Positions 30,101 to 39,480 of a stretch of DNA of 64,000 nt are shown here, piece by piece. A program made the position numbers and the translations under genes. Under the pieces are notes generated by a model. That model saw nothing but the letters and a program-made list of their open reading frames with translations. It had not been told where the DNA came from and did no database searches. This DNA is from a virus, in IMG/VR virus record IMGVR_UViG_3300012642_000011, positions 32,001 through 96,000 of that record. The stretch is one strand, 5' to 3'. Every line of letters begins with the position of its first letter. Positions within the stretch are counted from its first letter, which is position 1.

Positions 30101-30483
30101 AATCTTTGAAAGAAGATAATTTCTACGCTAAGTATCAACAGATGATCAATGATGCTACAGACAAGAGGAGACCATACATTGAAGAGAAGGTAAGAAATAC
30201 TTTTGAGCGCAAGATCAATGAGGTTGACAGAAGGATTGTAGAGCATAGGGAAAGCGGAGATGAAAACAAGGATAGTTTGATCCCAACGCTTCCTGAGGAA
30301 ATCAAGCCTTATATTGATGAGCAGGAGTACAATAAACATTGGGTACTTGGAAACTACAATGCTGTGCGATCCATGTACATCACTGCTTATGCTGATCGAT
30401 TCAGAGATCAATTCAACGAGAACGTTATCAATGACGAGTTCCTGTTGTCTCTTTACGAGAAGAAAATTGAAACAGAGAGGTGA
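27166..30483 (+). CDS. Giant polytopic membrane protein, paralog 3, with tandem C-terminal zinc ribbons
   Basis: Translationally coupled (ATGATG). TM clusters (…FAPVVLLVGCFPGQGWE…). HNWALFQISTQT block. Two CxxC…CxxC ribbons (HTCGGCGEP…CNTC; YHCNRCGQD…CRRC), then a coiled-coil tail. Confidence 0.6.
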   Translation: MMKNNAVYMDASSFKKTKPASFKSIFSFFMAGFFIVVALLPTMTSLTTFGNKNEPTVSSASALEWNKFMMCEVFPEPADRIYQYASTTDLQFAFRSKSAMTSGADKVDSFLNGILNLTSVTNINELNSHILGYNVTELTEMKYPVDMELDPEERFNKGAHINPFDRFGVAGLTFSGYMGEWRHVVIDACAQNTEPSDPKAGLFYEDRLEPRSVWADINDSKDPRTKIFNKGYPPVGVAFMNIVANWIFTLAKIIVVLTVALVGIAFSDIITLIGLDTLLGSSGGFITALFNSVFMPFIVLVFVFVGISIIRAGASGKTRQALSETIRSIVLFFLAIFISFSPGWVITLPNNLSMIIQAVTLSAMNNSLSGGGGMCATDIGSFEGKILSSSIDVDYAIDNPEKTMSIIDQASTTIRSSVGCQMWQMLLLKPWAQAQYGTDWNNLWARGEIPDWAPNGATDLENRDENAEMVGDAAVPMGDGTFIHNWALFQISTQTNVHAPIGHEGDVAKKTTGLANDWWRVADVLSGYYEKSVPPSGEPGEPTDEYKVIADDINVSPYWDTWTGGNTMERIWVAGSAVIIAAVGSSGIIIFASLSAIYAIGVTLMIAFAPVVLLVGCFPGQGWEIFKSWITLIVQATGKRIAAGILLVLAIAFTSAALKMMEDIGWIQGILLLIVSMLALIKGREMVFRTMSSFSFAGYSMTRSAQRVSAGMKKTVSKTTVDPTVATGRMIGSVAGGAAAARANGGSTLNGLAYGFKNEMTNITYRNKHLRNIITQYEISKQNMGHASIGQHTCGGCGEPLDRDGSGVFYGGRDASGKYFCNTCLEEDTAGLLSPVTAKVGKKEYHCNRCGQDLSPDSGTFNFKGGKDAAGNLYCRRCFFDEMDSTVEGVDGRSKIAEYEGSEVKYHEEVLTPERVVKDARETARIEKKMLHKQQKHQRKTAKNQNKVNSRGKLTREQAERIYAAMNDANNRAKHVKTESLKEDNFYAKYQQMINDATDKRRPYIEEKVRNTFERKINEVDRRIVEHRESGDENKDSLIPTLPEEIKPYIDEQEYNKHWVLGNYNAVRSMYITAYADRFRDQFNENVINDEFLLSLYEKKIETER

Positions 30484-30836
30484 GACATAATATGGATGAA
30501 GAAAGCAATATTGTTACATGGGAAATCATTGCCAAAGTAGCTGCATTGAAACCAGTGTTTAATATGCATATGCAATTAGTACAGCAAGGTTTTGACCTCT
30601 CAGAGATGGATGACTGGTATCCATCAGAAATTATCAATTATATTGACTTAAGAGAATCTACGAGAATGTGGGATGAGTCTGATTATGATGGGCTGACACT
30701 TGAGTTCATTCAAGGATGGATCAGACTGTATGAGGGGAATTTGGGTGTAGACATCACAATGACTCCTTCAGAGATTTATCGTAGATCAGAGAAATATGAC
30801 GAACAAGATTTAGAAGAAACACAAGAAGACCTGTGA
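30480..30836 (+). CDS. Small acidic protein
   Basis: Coupled start; D/E-rich. Confidence 0.4.
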   Translation: MRHNMDEESNIVTWEIIAKVAALKPVFNMHMQLVQQGFDLSEMDDWYPSEIINYIDLRESTRMWDESDYDGLTLEFIQGWIRLYEGNLGVDITMTPSEIYRRSEKYDEQDLEETQEDL

Positions 30837-30889
30837 TGACAGTGATATTCATTGCACAATTCATCCACTAACTAATCAAAGGAATAACA

Positions 30890-32095
30890 ATGGGACTTTT
30901 GGATAAGGCAAAGAGTAAAATTCAGGCTTATAGCGAGGGGTTTGGGGAAGAAACTATCCGTCGTGTAGATTGGAATGACCCCAGAAATGAATATAATGAC
31001 GAAGAAGAGACCATTGAGAATGATTTTGATCAGTATGATGACGACGATGACGATCAAAACTATGTAGACTATGATGACTCTGACGTTCATGATTATGATG
31101 AGGAAGAAGATTCCTTTGATGATGAAGAGTACGAAGAGGAAGACCCTGATCCTGTTGCTAAACCAGAAAAGCCAAAGAAGGAAAGAAAGAAGGTAAACTT
31201 TGGGGAGAAGATCAATGCTCTCAAATCATCTTTACCTACACCTAAAGTGAAAGAAAAGGAAGAAGAAACAGAATTTTTTGTAGAAGATAATCATGATGCC
31301 TTTGAAGGCATTGAATTCAATACTGAAGAGGGCAAGAAGAAGAGGGCAAGTGACATACTTGAAGGCTTTAGTATCCCTGAGACATTTGAAATCCCCAATG
31401 ATGTTTTCTTAAGAGAAGATCTCGATGACCTTGAGCTTGATTTCCAAGTTCCCAAAGGCTACGACATTGCACAAGTGAACAGTTTCGTCTCAAGGGTAAA
31501 AGCGTCTGTAGGATTTCTTCAAGATAAACTCAAGGAGAGAAACAAGCATATTGTTGTGCTTGCTAACATTATTGACAGACAGACCATTGACTTGCATAAC
31601 ATGAGATACGATTATGAAATGGTGTCAAAAAACAATAGCGTGAGTGTTATGGCAGGCGAATCCAACGATGAACTTCAGACTAAAGTTAACTTGTTATTTG
31701 CCGAAAATGCCAAGTTGAAAAAGGAAAAGAATGCACAGATCGAGAAAATGATTGCTACACAGAGTGATAGCGAAATTCAGAAGAAATACTCTGATCTCAA
31801 TAAGAAGTATAAAATTCTTGAAGATAATTATTCCCTCTTGTTGTCACAACTTGAAGAGATTGAAAAATCAAACCATGAACTTCAAAACGAACTCAATTAT
31901 CAAGAAGAGAAGAGAGAAGATGAAATTTTATCTTCTGATGAAAGAAGAGTTGTTCACGATGATGACTTTGATCTTCCTGATGTAGATGATGACGATTCAT
32001 CAAATTACAATGTGAAGCAGCAGAAAACAATTAATACTGATTTCTTTATCGATGAAGATGATGAATTTGACATCGAGGGAGGATGGGATAAATGA
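30890..32095 (+). CDS. Highly acidic coiled-coil protein
   Basis: Long D/E/Y runs, a central heptad-like coiled coil, and a C-terminus …DEDDEFDIEGGWDK. Confidence 0.5.
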   Translation: MGLLDKAKSKIQAYSEGFGEETIRRVDWNDPRNEYNDEEETIENDFDQYDDDDDDQNYVDYDDSDVHDYDEEEDSFDDEEYEEEDPDPVAKPEKPKKERKKVNFGEKINALKSSLPTPKVKEKEEETEFFVEDNHDAFEGIEFNTEEGKKKRASDILEGFSIPETFEIPNDVFLREDLDDLELDFQVPKGYDIAQVNSFVSRVKASVGFLQDKLKERNKHIVVLANIIDRQTIDLHNMRYDYEMVSKNNSVSVMAGESNDELQTKVNLLFAENAKLKKEKNAQIEKMIATQSDSEIQKKYSDLNKKYKILEDNYSLLLSQLEEIEKSNHELQNELNYQEEKREDEILSSDERRVVHDDDFDLPDVDDDDSSNYNVKQQKTINTDFFIDEDDEFDIEGGWDK

Positions 32096-32634
32096 ATGAA
32101 TTCGTATTGACCTATTTGGTGCATTTTATCCCGCTATTTCTTGCTTTCGTATTATTGATAGTGACAAAGTTGGATATGGTTAGATTCATCTTCCTGATGA
32201 TTTTTCTGACTGGTTTGAAGATTGTTGCTTCTTACTTCCTTTTGGGGACAATTCTCATATTCTCTCCGCTTATTGTTCTTGCCGTGTCATTGGCCGCACT
32301 GTTCTTAATGGCAGGTCTGTTTGGGCAGAAAGCAGGGGCTGAGGATTACAAAGTGTTCCTTGTCATCATGTCTATGTTCCCATGGTATATTGGATTCTGG
32401 CCGTCTGCAATGTTTGTTGTCTTGCTCATTGCTTTCATAGGAATTGCTACATATAGAAGTTTTTCCAAAGCAAAGAAAGAATGGGGAGTCACCGGAGGAA
32501 CTCCTGCAAGTATCATGTTAGAGGTAGGAGAAGACAAGTGGAATAAGATGATTGGTGGGATTCACTTCATTTCCCCTGCGATGTTAGCAGCAATGGTGAC
32601 AGCAGTGACCACTATTATTACTACAATGCTGTAA
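32092..32634 (+). CDS. Polytopic membrane protein with ~5 TM helices
   Basis: Hydrophobic throughout; coupled start. Confidence 0.5.
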   Translation: MNEFVLTYLVHFIPLFLAFVLLIVTKLDMVRFIFLMIFLTGLKIVASYFLLGTILIFSPLIVLAVSLAALFLMAGLFGQKAGAEDYKVFLVIMSMFPWYIGFWPSAMFVVLLIAFIGIATYRSFSKAKKEWGVTGGTPASIMLEVGEDKWNKMIGGIHFISPAMLAAMVTAVTTIITTML

Positions 32635-32703
32635 AATAGATCAATTTTTTCGATATACATATTACGATACCATTGGCAACTCTGATCAGGAAAGTGACAA
32701 TTC

Positions 32704-33738
32704 ATGGCTAAAAAGAAATATGATGATCCATTTGAGGAATACCTCAATGAAGGTCGTGATAAACAGGAGGCTGAGAGGAAGAAACTCATCATCGGCGGCG
32801 TAGCAAGTCTGGCTGTCGTGGGCGCTCTGACTGGTGGTACTTTACTTCTTCTCAATAACGATAAGGATGATACTCCTAAAGACGATTCATCTTCTTCAGA
32901 TAGCAATTATATGAAGAAGGGTGACCCTAATTCTGGGAACACAAACACAGAAGCAAACATTGCTCAAGACCTCAGCCTTGCTGATAGCAATGACATTGAT
33001 GATAAGCCTGAATGGCTGGAAAAGTTCACAGAAAAATCTTCTCCTATCAGTTTTGATGGTACTACATGGGCTACTCAAGCGGACAAAGAGATGGTTGATG
33101 CTGTGATTGCTAGTGTAAACACTCAGGAAAGCGATCTCTACGCTGCTTCAAACATGCTTCCTTCTGAAGAGGCAGGTTTCACCTCTGATGATTCCAAGGC
33201 TGTAGATGAAACTGGATTCCCTAACCCTATGTACAGTTACTGGACTCAAGAGCAATTTGTTTTTGATACCAATATGATTCTGGAAATGTTCACCAATCCT
33301 GATGTTGGCGAGTGGGGAGAGTATGAGTTGCCTGGATCTGATCCTGCAAAGAACTTTAAAGCAACATCATTGAATCCTGTTTTGAGTTCAAGTCTTAAGG
33401 AAAAGATTGATAATGATGGCGCAAAGCAAACCAATATTGGTCTTCCTCTTGATTGGGGGAACAATGAATATGGTATGGCTGGTCAGTTCCCTGAATTCGG
33501 CTATAGATGGTATGGAGAGGTCAATGGAATTAAAACGCAGATGAAGTATGATGATTCTTCTTCGGCATATGATGTCACATTGACTGCTGATGTCACCTAT
33601 CGTGCTCTTTTAAAGAATGGTGGCTCTATAGAGAAACAAGGAACACTAGTCTTGGATCTCATTTCTGGTCAGAAGGAAAACGTTGAAAGTTCAAGGAAGA
33701 TATTAGTTAATAATGCTTCTTTGACTATGGAGGAATAA
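32704..33738 (+). CDS. TM-anchored secreted protein
   Basis: N-terminal anchor (LIIGGVASLAVVGALTGGTLLLL) and an S/D-rich linker. Confidence 0.5.
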   Translation: MAKKKYDDPFEEYLNEGRDKQEAERKKLIIGGVASLAVVGALTGGTLLLLNNDKDDTPKDDSSSSDSNYMKKGDPNSGNTNTEANIAQDLSLADSNDIDDKPEWLEKFTEKSSPISFDGTTWATQADKEMVDAVIASVNTQESDLYAASNMLPSEEAGFTSDDSKAVDETGFPNPMYSYWTQEQFVFDTNMILEMFTNPDVGEWGEYELPGSDPAKNFKATSLNPVLSSSLKEKIDNDGAKQTNIGLPLDWGNNEYGMAGQFPEFGYRWYGEVNGIKTQMKYDDSSSAYDVTLTADVTYRALLKNGGSIEKQGTLVLDLISGQKENVESSRKILVNNASLTMEE

Positions 33739-35933
33739 TGAAAAAGCAAACACGAAAGGTCAACATGTTGGCATTGTCCGTCATTGCTGGCGGAACTGCT
33801 CTAGCAACGGCTGCTCCTGCTGTTGCTCAGGGTATTAATTTCGGTATCTGGGGAAATGATGGCGGATCAAGTACAGAAAACTTGAGTTCTGATTCTGTCA
33901 ACTGGTTCTCCGTATCTGCTAGAAATGGAAATACTGCTTGGGAAAACTTCCGAAAGTTCAGTGGTCTTGAGCCAAAGTATCTTGATGGTGAACTTAATGA
34001 GTTGAAAAACTTTGATAGAGAAGTCTGCGAAAAATCAAATACTATTTGGTACACGGTAAATAATAATAATGGAAGTTATTATTGGGTAAACACTATCAAT
34101 GGTACAGATAAGAGAACTATCTTGACTAAGGATGGTAAACTTGCCAGCACTGCTGACCACAAGGCAATTGGTGTCAATGGAACAGTATTGAACCCTGCTT
34201 TGACATATGGAGTCAAACCAACTCAGAAACAGATTGATGCCATGATCAAGGAGTATGGTACGGCTAAGTTGAACTCCCAGCCATGGACGCTTGTCTGCTC
34301 TGGCTCTCTTGTTGGTGCCCAGCCTCAGGGAAATAAGTGGACAGAGTACAAAGATAAAGATGGTAAGGCCACAAGAGACAGGAATGATGCTCTTGAAAAG
34401 ACAAGGGCTACAGGAAAGGTGAAAAGCTGGACCAATCCTATCAATGTGAACTTGATTGCAAAGCCAGATTTTGACCCAGGAAAAATCGCTTTGCAGAGCC
34501 AGTCAAAAGCAAATGTAACTCAGTTTGGAAACCTGTGGAAACAGGCTCAAGCAGAAGATCTTAATGGAAAATCCATTGAAGATGTAAATACATTGGTTGA
34601 AAGCGCTATGTCTAAAGACAAGGCCGCTTCTTACGAGATGGACTTAAATGACCAAAACAAGGAGGCTATTGCTGAAGGTGGAGTTATGTCCATTAATCAG
34701 TTCAATCAGCCAGGAACAATTACTGTTCGAGAAACTGAGACAGTGATTGAGAAGAGAACATGTGAAAAGAAGTATGAATTGAAAAATGAAGAATGGGTAC
34801 CAAGCACAACCTGTAGTGGATGGGGTGAAGAGAAAGTAGGGGTTGGCTCCACTGTCAGCACTACAAATACAACACAGGAGAACGTAGGTTTCTGGCAGAT
34901 CCTTGTTGTTCAGTGTAATCCTGAAGAATTTAACAAGGTCAAGAGTACTCTGGAAAATGCTGTTCAGAAAAATGGTGAACAGAAAAATGAAGTACTTTCT
35001 TCTGAGATAATTAATCAGGGAACAGGAACTGCTGGCGTTATCAAGACTATTATGTATAATGATACCACTCAGAAGAAACTTGGAAATCCAAGTCAGACTG
35101 ATGGAGTATTGCGTAGAACTGCACAAAATGGTTTCTATGATAAAGAATGTGGTCTTCAGTGCTATGCTCCACCTACATCAAGGGTAAGTGGTGGCGATGA
35201 TGGAAGGATTCAACCCAACGAACTTCCTGCTTATTCTCCAGGCAAGGATGGTGGAACTGGTGTGAAGATTTCTGATGATAGTAAGTTTGATGGAAAGAAT
35301 TTGGCAATCTTCAGAGATAACGATCCAAAAAGAACGATTACGATTAACCTTTGGAGACCTGAGATTGCTCCCAAGGCTACACCAAAGACAACAACAGTCT
35401 TCAAAGATCCCAACGGCACACCTGGTGCTGATGGTTCTGCAGGAGAATTTGTCATGACCGATAGTAAAAAGAACTCTGTTTTTGGATCTGATTCCGTAGC
35501 AGAGCAAAAGGGTTGGGATAAAGCGACATTCAAATCCCCCAATGTTTCCGTTCTTGATGGATCTCACAATGTGTTCAATGTAAGAGCAAATTGGCCTTCA
35601 GAAAAGGGTAATCCTCAAGTATTGAATGCTGCATGGGAATATGATGTGACAGGTAAAGCGGATATTCCAACTACGGTGGGAGTATCTAAGAATGTTTCTA
35701 CACCTGTCATGAAAAACGTTGGCACAGTGGAAGCACCTATTGAGGGTAGATGCTTTGCTATGTTTAACTCTAACGCTGAGGATCTTGGTAGTGAGTACTT
35801 GAATGCAAACACAGGAAGTGGAACTTCAACTGGTTTCAATAATCCGTTTGCTTATAAAACTGAAGGTGATGAAAGAATTTACAATAACCCTTACAACATT
35901 GTCATTGACTTTGTGAGGGCAACAGCAGAGTGA
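33738..35933 (+). CDS. Large secreted protein with a classical signal peptide
   Basis: Signal peptide MKKQTRKVNMLALSVIAGGTALATAAPAVAQG. 731 aa, G/N/T-rich, with Cys pairs. Confidence 0.6.
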   Translation: MKKQTRKVNMLALSVIAGGTALATAAPAVAQGINFGIWGNDGGSSTENLSSDSVNWFSVSARNGNTAWENFRKFSGLEPKYLDGELNELKNFDREVCEKSNTIWYTVNNNNGSYYWVNTINGTDKRTILTKDGKLASTADHKAIGVNGTVLNPALTYGVKPTQKQIDAMIKEYGTAKLNSQPWTLVCSGSLVGAQPQGNKWTEYKDKDGKATRDRNDALEKTRATGKVKSWTNPINVNLIAKPDFDPGKIALQSQSKANVTQFGNLWKQAQAEDLNGKSIEDVNTLVESAMSKDKAASYEMDLNDQNKEAIAEGGVMSINQFNQPGTITVRETETVIEKRTCEKKYELKNEEWVPSTTCSGWGEEKVGVGSTVSTTNTTQENVGFWQILVVQCNPEEFNKVKSTLENAVQKNGEQKNEVLSSEIINQGTGTAGVIKTIMYNDTTQKKLGNPSQTDGVLRRTAQNGFYDKECGLQCYAPPTSRVSGGDDGRIQPNELPAYSPGKDGGTGVKISDDSKFDGKNLAIFRDNDPKRTITINLWRPEIAPKATPKTTTVFKDPNGTPGADGSAGEFVMTDSKKNSVFGSDSVAEQKGWDKATFKSPNVSVLDGSHNVFNVRANWPSEKGNPQVLNAAWEYDVTGKADIPTTVGVSKNVSTPVMKNVGTVEAPIEGRCFAMFNSNAEDLGSEYLNANTGSGTSTGFNNPFAYKTEGDERIYNNPYNIVIDFVRATAE

Positions 35934-35950
35934 TCTGATGTTCTCTGATA

Positions 35951-35990
35951 AAATGGGCTGGGTGTTAAACATCCGGCCCATTTGTCTTTG
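35951..35990 (+). terminator. Rho-independent terminator
   Basis: AAATGGGCTGG-gtgttaaacat-CCGGCCCATTT followed by GTCTTTG. Confidence 0.6.
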
Positions 35991-36062
35991 GGTTGAAATT
36001 TTGGTATGATTGTTACAGAATGATCGATATAGCTATAGATCTGAAGGAATCGAGAGGACAAC

Positions 36063-37769
36063 ATGGCGTCACCAGAGCAGATGAATGACAACCATCCCGA
36101 TAACAAGGCTGCATCAGGACAGAAAAGGACAAGAAAGAAGTATCCTATTTCTGATACTGCTGTAGCAGGCAGTCTTGTGGCCCTTGCTGCTGCAGGCGCG
36201 TTGGCAATCGGCGGCAGTGTTGTCATGAATGTTAACAATTACAACAGCATTGTTTCTCCTGTGAAGAAGGAATCTCCTTATATTGAGGTTTCTCAAGTAA
36301 GTTCCATTTCAAAGGATTGGGCTAGATCACTTGCTAATCAGAGGCCATCTGTCATACCCAAGGATGATAAGTGGAATGTTCAGGATAATTCCTCCCCTCA
36401 GCATCCTATTGATCCCTCTATATGTTCTGAGATGAAGGAAGTTCCTGCCACTGTGACTTCAACGTTTAAAGCGGGCAGTGATTCCATGAGCGTTCATGTG
36501 CAGGCATATGGTGCCGGTCAGGCTGCAGATCAGTTCTACGCTTATAAGAATATGCTTGAATCGTGCTCCAATGTCAAGGAAGTCAAGACCAGTAATGGTA
36601 AGGCTATTATTTTTGACGATGGGTTCCTCATCACAATGGGTGATGGTATGGTAGGTGGCTTTGGGTTCAAGGACAGCAAGGTAAGAGACGGTGCTGTAAA
36701 GTTCTATGAAGAGAAGATGTTCTCTACTTTGAAGGATACTCAGTGTCGTGATCTTAGCGTGGTTCAGGGAGCAAGTTCGCGTTCTCCGTTCTATGGAGAG
36801 GACAAGTATAAGGGTCTCTTTGATAAGGCTAGGATGTCTACAAGCGTTCCTGTGAATGATGTTCCTAAGCCCAAGGAAGTCAAGTTGACATCGATTAAGG
36901 ATAAGGATATTTCTCAGCCTGAGTCTCCTATCCCTTCAAGTTATCCAAAGATGCCTGATAAGGAAGTGAAGAAGCCTGAGGTTCCTGCTGCTATTCCTGT
37001 CCAGAAGGCAGATGACTTTGATCAGTACGCTTCCTTTGAGATTCCTGATGACAATGGTCCCGGTTGTGGTTGGGAGTGGAGTGCTCAGCACGCTTTGAAT
37101 TATGATCGTCCTGCCCTCTCTCAGAAGGCTGATGCTGAGAAGCAAAAGGTTCAGTCTGAAGTTGATCGTACTGCACAGAAGTATGTAGATGATCAGAAGG
37201 CGTGGAGAGATAAGATTGAGCAGTTAACACCTGCTATTAATTCATGGAATACATATTCTACTAAGGTCAACAATGTTCACGATAAGTGGAATTATCTGAA
37301 TACTGAGCGCGCTAAGATTGAAGGCGCGTGGAATGAGTATATTTCCAGATACGAGGACTGGTTCACTTTTGATGACAGGCAGGCGGCAGCATCTGATCGC
37401 TATGACGCCGCATTGAAGAAGTGTGTTGATCAGCAGGATAAGGTTTCAGAGTGGGAGGAAAAGTGGGGCGAGAAGTATGCTCAGCAGGATGCTATCATTA
37501 ATTCTGCCACTGTGGAAAAGGAAATCGAGGAAGATGGGGAGACAAGGAAAGAGAGAGTCTTTGATCCTGATAAGTTGAGTGATGAACAGAAGAAGATCAT
37601 TGCTGAGGACATTCCTGACAGGCCAGAGGACTGCACAGAACTTCCTGAGAAGCCAAGTATCCTCACACAGTCTCGTCCAAAGGAGCCTAAGGCACCTAGC
37701 ATTCCAAGCGATGTGACAATTCCTGAATCTTGGAGAAGTGTGGATGATGTAATCAAAGAAAATCAGTGA
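36063..37769 (+). CDS. Membrane-anchored secreted protein of 568 aa
   Basis: N-terminal anchor (VAGSLVALAAAGALAIGGSVV); P/E/K-rich linker. Confidence 0.5.
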   Translation: MASPEQMNDNHPDNKAASGQKRTRKKYPISDTAVAGSLVALAAAGALAIGGSVVMNVNNYNSIVSPVKKESPYIEVSQVSSISKDWARSLANQRPSVIPKDDKWNVQDNSSPQHPIDPSICSEMKEVPATVTSTFKAGSDSMSVHVQAYGAGQAADQFYAYKNMLESCSNVKEVKTSNGKAIIFDDGFLITMGDGMVGGFGFKDSKVRDGAVKFYEEKMFSTLKDTQCRDLSVVQGASSRSPFYGEDKYKGLFDKARMSTSVPVNDVPKPKEVKLTSIKDKDISQPESPIPSSYPKMPDKEVKKPEVPAAIPVQKADDFDQYASFEIPDDNGPGCGWEWSAQHALNYDRPALSQKADAEKQKVQSEVDRTAQKYVDDQKAWRDKIEQLTPAINSWNTYSTKVNNVHDKWNYLNTERAKIEGAWNEYISRYEDWFTFDDRQAAASDRYDAALKKCVDQQDKVSEWEEKWGEKYAQQDAIINSATVEKEIEEDGETRKERVFDPDKLSDEQKKIIAEDIPDRPEDCTELPEKPSILTQSRPKEPKAPSIPSDVTIPESWRSVDDVIKENQ

Positions 37770-37782
37770 TCATTGTTTGCTG

Positions 37783-37820
37783 AATTGGGGAAGGTGAACT
37801 GCCTTCCCCAATTCTCTTTG
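37783..37820 (+). terminator. Rho-independent terminator
   Basis: AATTGGGGAAGG-tgaactg-CCTTCCCCAATT (12-bp perfect stem) followed by CTCTTTG. Confidence 0.8.
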
Positions 37821-37981
37821 TAAATATAAGTTTTTAAAGTTTCTTTTCAAGGATGAGTTTTATAGAAGTGTGTTTGTTAGAATATAAATAGTCCACACCA
37901 CAGGGGTGAGGAGGCAGACTTCGTAAACTGAAGCCCGCATAAATAGCCGAATAGGCGAGTAACAAAAAGGATGGTATAATC

Positions 37982-38548
37982 ATGAAAGATCCAGTTCACG
38001 TTGAGGGAAGCGTTATCAAGATCGAGGAAATGCGTAAGGTTGGAAAGGACAACCAGAGCGTTCTTAACTTCCTCGTAGTTGAAGAGTATAGGGAGAAGGT
38101 TGGAGAGAATGAGTGGAATGTTAAAGCCACTAAGTTCTACAACTGTACAGCATGGAGAAGTCGTGCTGAGGCTCTTGAAAAGACACTTGTTCCAGGCATG
38201 AAGGTATACTTCTCATTGAGCAGAGATTTGGAGCCTAAGAAGGATAAGAACGGCGAGGTTATCCTTGATTCCAATGACCGTCCTGAGACTGTTTACGAGC
38301 GATACACAGTTCTTAATGGTGGACCTGATATCATGTGGGATGCTATGCAGTACTCTGATGAGGAGAAGCGCACTAAGGCAGAAGAGAGTCTTGAGAAGAT
38401 GCTGAAGAAGAGGGGCGATAGCGGTTCTAGTTCTAGAAGTTCTTCATCTTCCTCAACGTCATCTTCAAAGAAGACGACTTCTGCTAAGAAGTCAGAACCT
38501 GTCGATGATATTGACGATTTTGATGATGATGAATTCAGTGACTTCTGA
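37982..38548 (+). CDS. ssb: Single-stranded DNA-binding protein-like, with an OB fold and an acidic C-terminal tip
   Basis: OB-fold-like N-terminus (…SVLNFLVVEEYREKVGENEWNVKATKFYNCTAWRSRAE…), an S-rich linker and a C-terminal …DDIDDFDDDEFSDF. Confidence 0.65.
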   Translation: MKDPVHVEGSVIKIEEMRKVGKDNQSVLNFLVVEEYREKVGENEWNVKATKFYNCTAWRSRAEALEKTLVPGMKVYFSLSRDLEPKKDKNGEVILDSNDRPETVYERYTVLNGGPDIMWDAMQYSDEEKRTKAEESLEKMLKKRGDSGSSSRSSSSSSTSSSKKTTSAKKSEPVDDIDDFDDDEFSDF

Positions 38549-38583
38549 GATTAAAAAGTAATTTCATTCTGATCACTCCCTTG

Positions 38584-38614
38584 AGGGTCTGCCAATAAGG
38601 CAGGCCCTCTTTCA
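38584..38614 (+). terminator. Rho-independent terminator (one mismatch in the stem)
   Basis: GAGGGTCTGCC-aataa-GGCAGGCCCTC followed by TTTC. Confidence 0.6.
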
Positions 38615-38739
38615 ATGTGTATATTTATACGTCTGATATAAAAGATAGTGAGTTATCATCAGGGCACAACTGTGTTCGTGATCATTCTCGGGATCATATT
38701 GATGATCCATTATACTGCAGACTTTAAAAAGAGGACGTT

Positions 38740-39465
38740 ATGAGTTCAACATATGATAATGATGCCATAGAGGAAGAAGGTAAAGACAACGAGAGCGTAT
38801 TCTTCTTGGATGGAGATGAAAAGATTGAATATGATGTCAGTGTGTACAACAAGAACTATATTGAGCAGAACAGATTGACACATCAAAAATGGTTCAAGAT
38901 CACAGTTGCTATCGTGGCATCATTGGCGGCAGTGTCCATTCTGACATATCTGGTGCTTCTTTCTTTTCTTTCTCCGGTATCGTTGAATAATAAATCATCA
39001 AATGATAAAAGCTTTTCCATGCCTATGTTTGAGGCTATGGGGAAACCTGATCCTGTTAAATATGGTCATGTTAACATCAAAGTATCCAAAAATACTATTT
39101 CAGCATCAGACGGTAACAGTCTTGCTCTCAAGAACGCTTCTCTTACATCTGCTCAAAGCGATACATGCCAAATTGCAGATCCCCAAAGTTTCTGTTTAGT
39201 TGCACAAGGGGAATTTAAGGGAGAAAAGATTGATGTATACTATTTCAAGGACATTGCCGGTTCTCTTTTCTTCAATTCTCCTTCTGCATTCAAGCAGGTT
39301 GAGGGTGTTAAGGGAAGAATCGTGGCTTTAAGTGATATTTCGTTTAAAGGTGAAAACAGAACTGTGGTAGCAACGGGAGAAAAGAATTCATCTGGATTCC
39401 TGATCCTTACACCAAAGAACAGTAGTGTAGATTTTGTCAAGGATTTGGCTTCATCATTGAATTGA
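38740..39465 (+). CDS. Membrane-anchored extracytoplasmic protein
   Basis: Acidic N-terminus, one TM (ITVAIVASLAAVSILTYLVLLSFL), then a secreted domain. Confidence 0.45.
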   Translation: MSSTYDNDAIEEEGKDNESVFFLDGDEKIEYDVSVYNKNYIEQNRLTHQKWFKITVAIVASLAAVSILTYLVLLSFLSPVSLNNKSSNDKSFSMPMFEAMGKPDPVKYGHVNIKVSKNTISASDGNSLALKNASLTSAQSDTCQIADPQSFCLVAQGEFKGEKIDVYYFKDIAGSLFFNSPSAFKQVEGVKGRIVALSDISFKGENRTVVATGEKNSSGFLILTPKNSSVDFVKDLASSLN

Positions 39466-39480
39466 TTATAAGGAGTAAAA

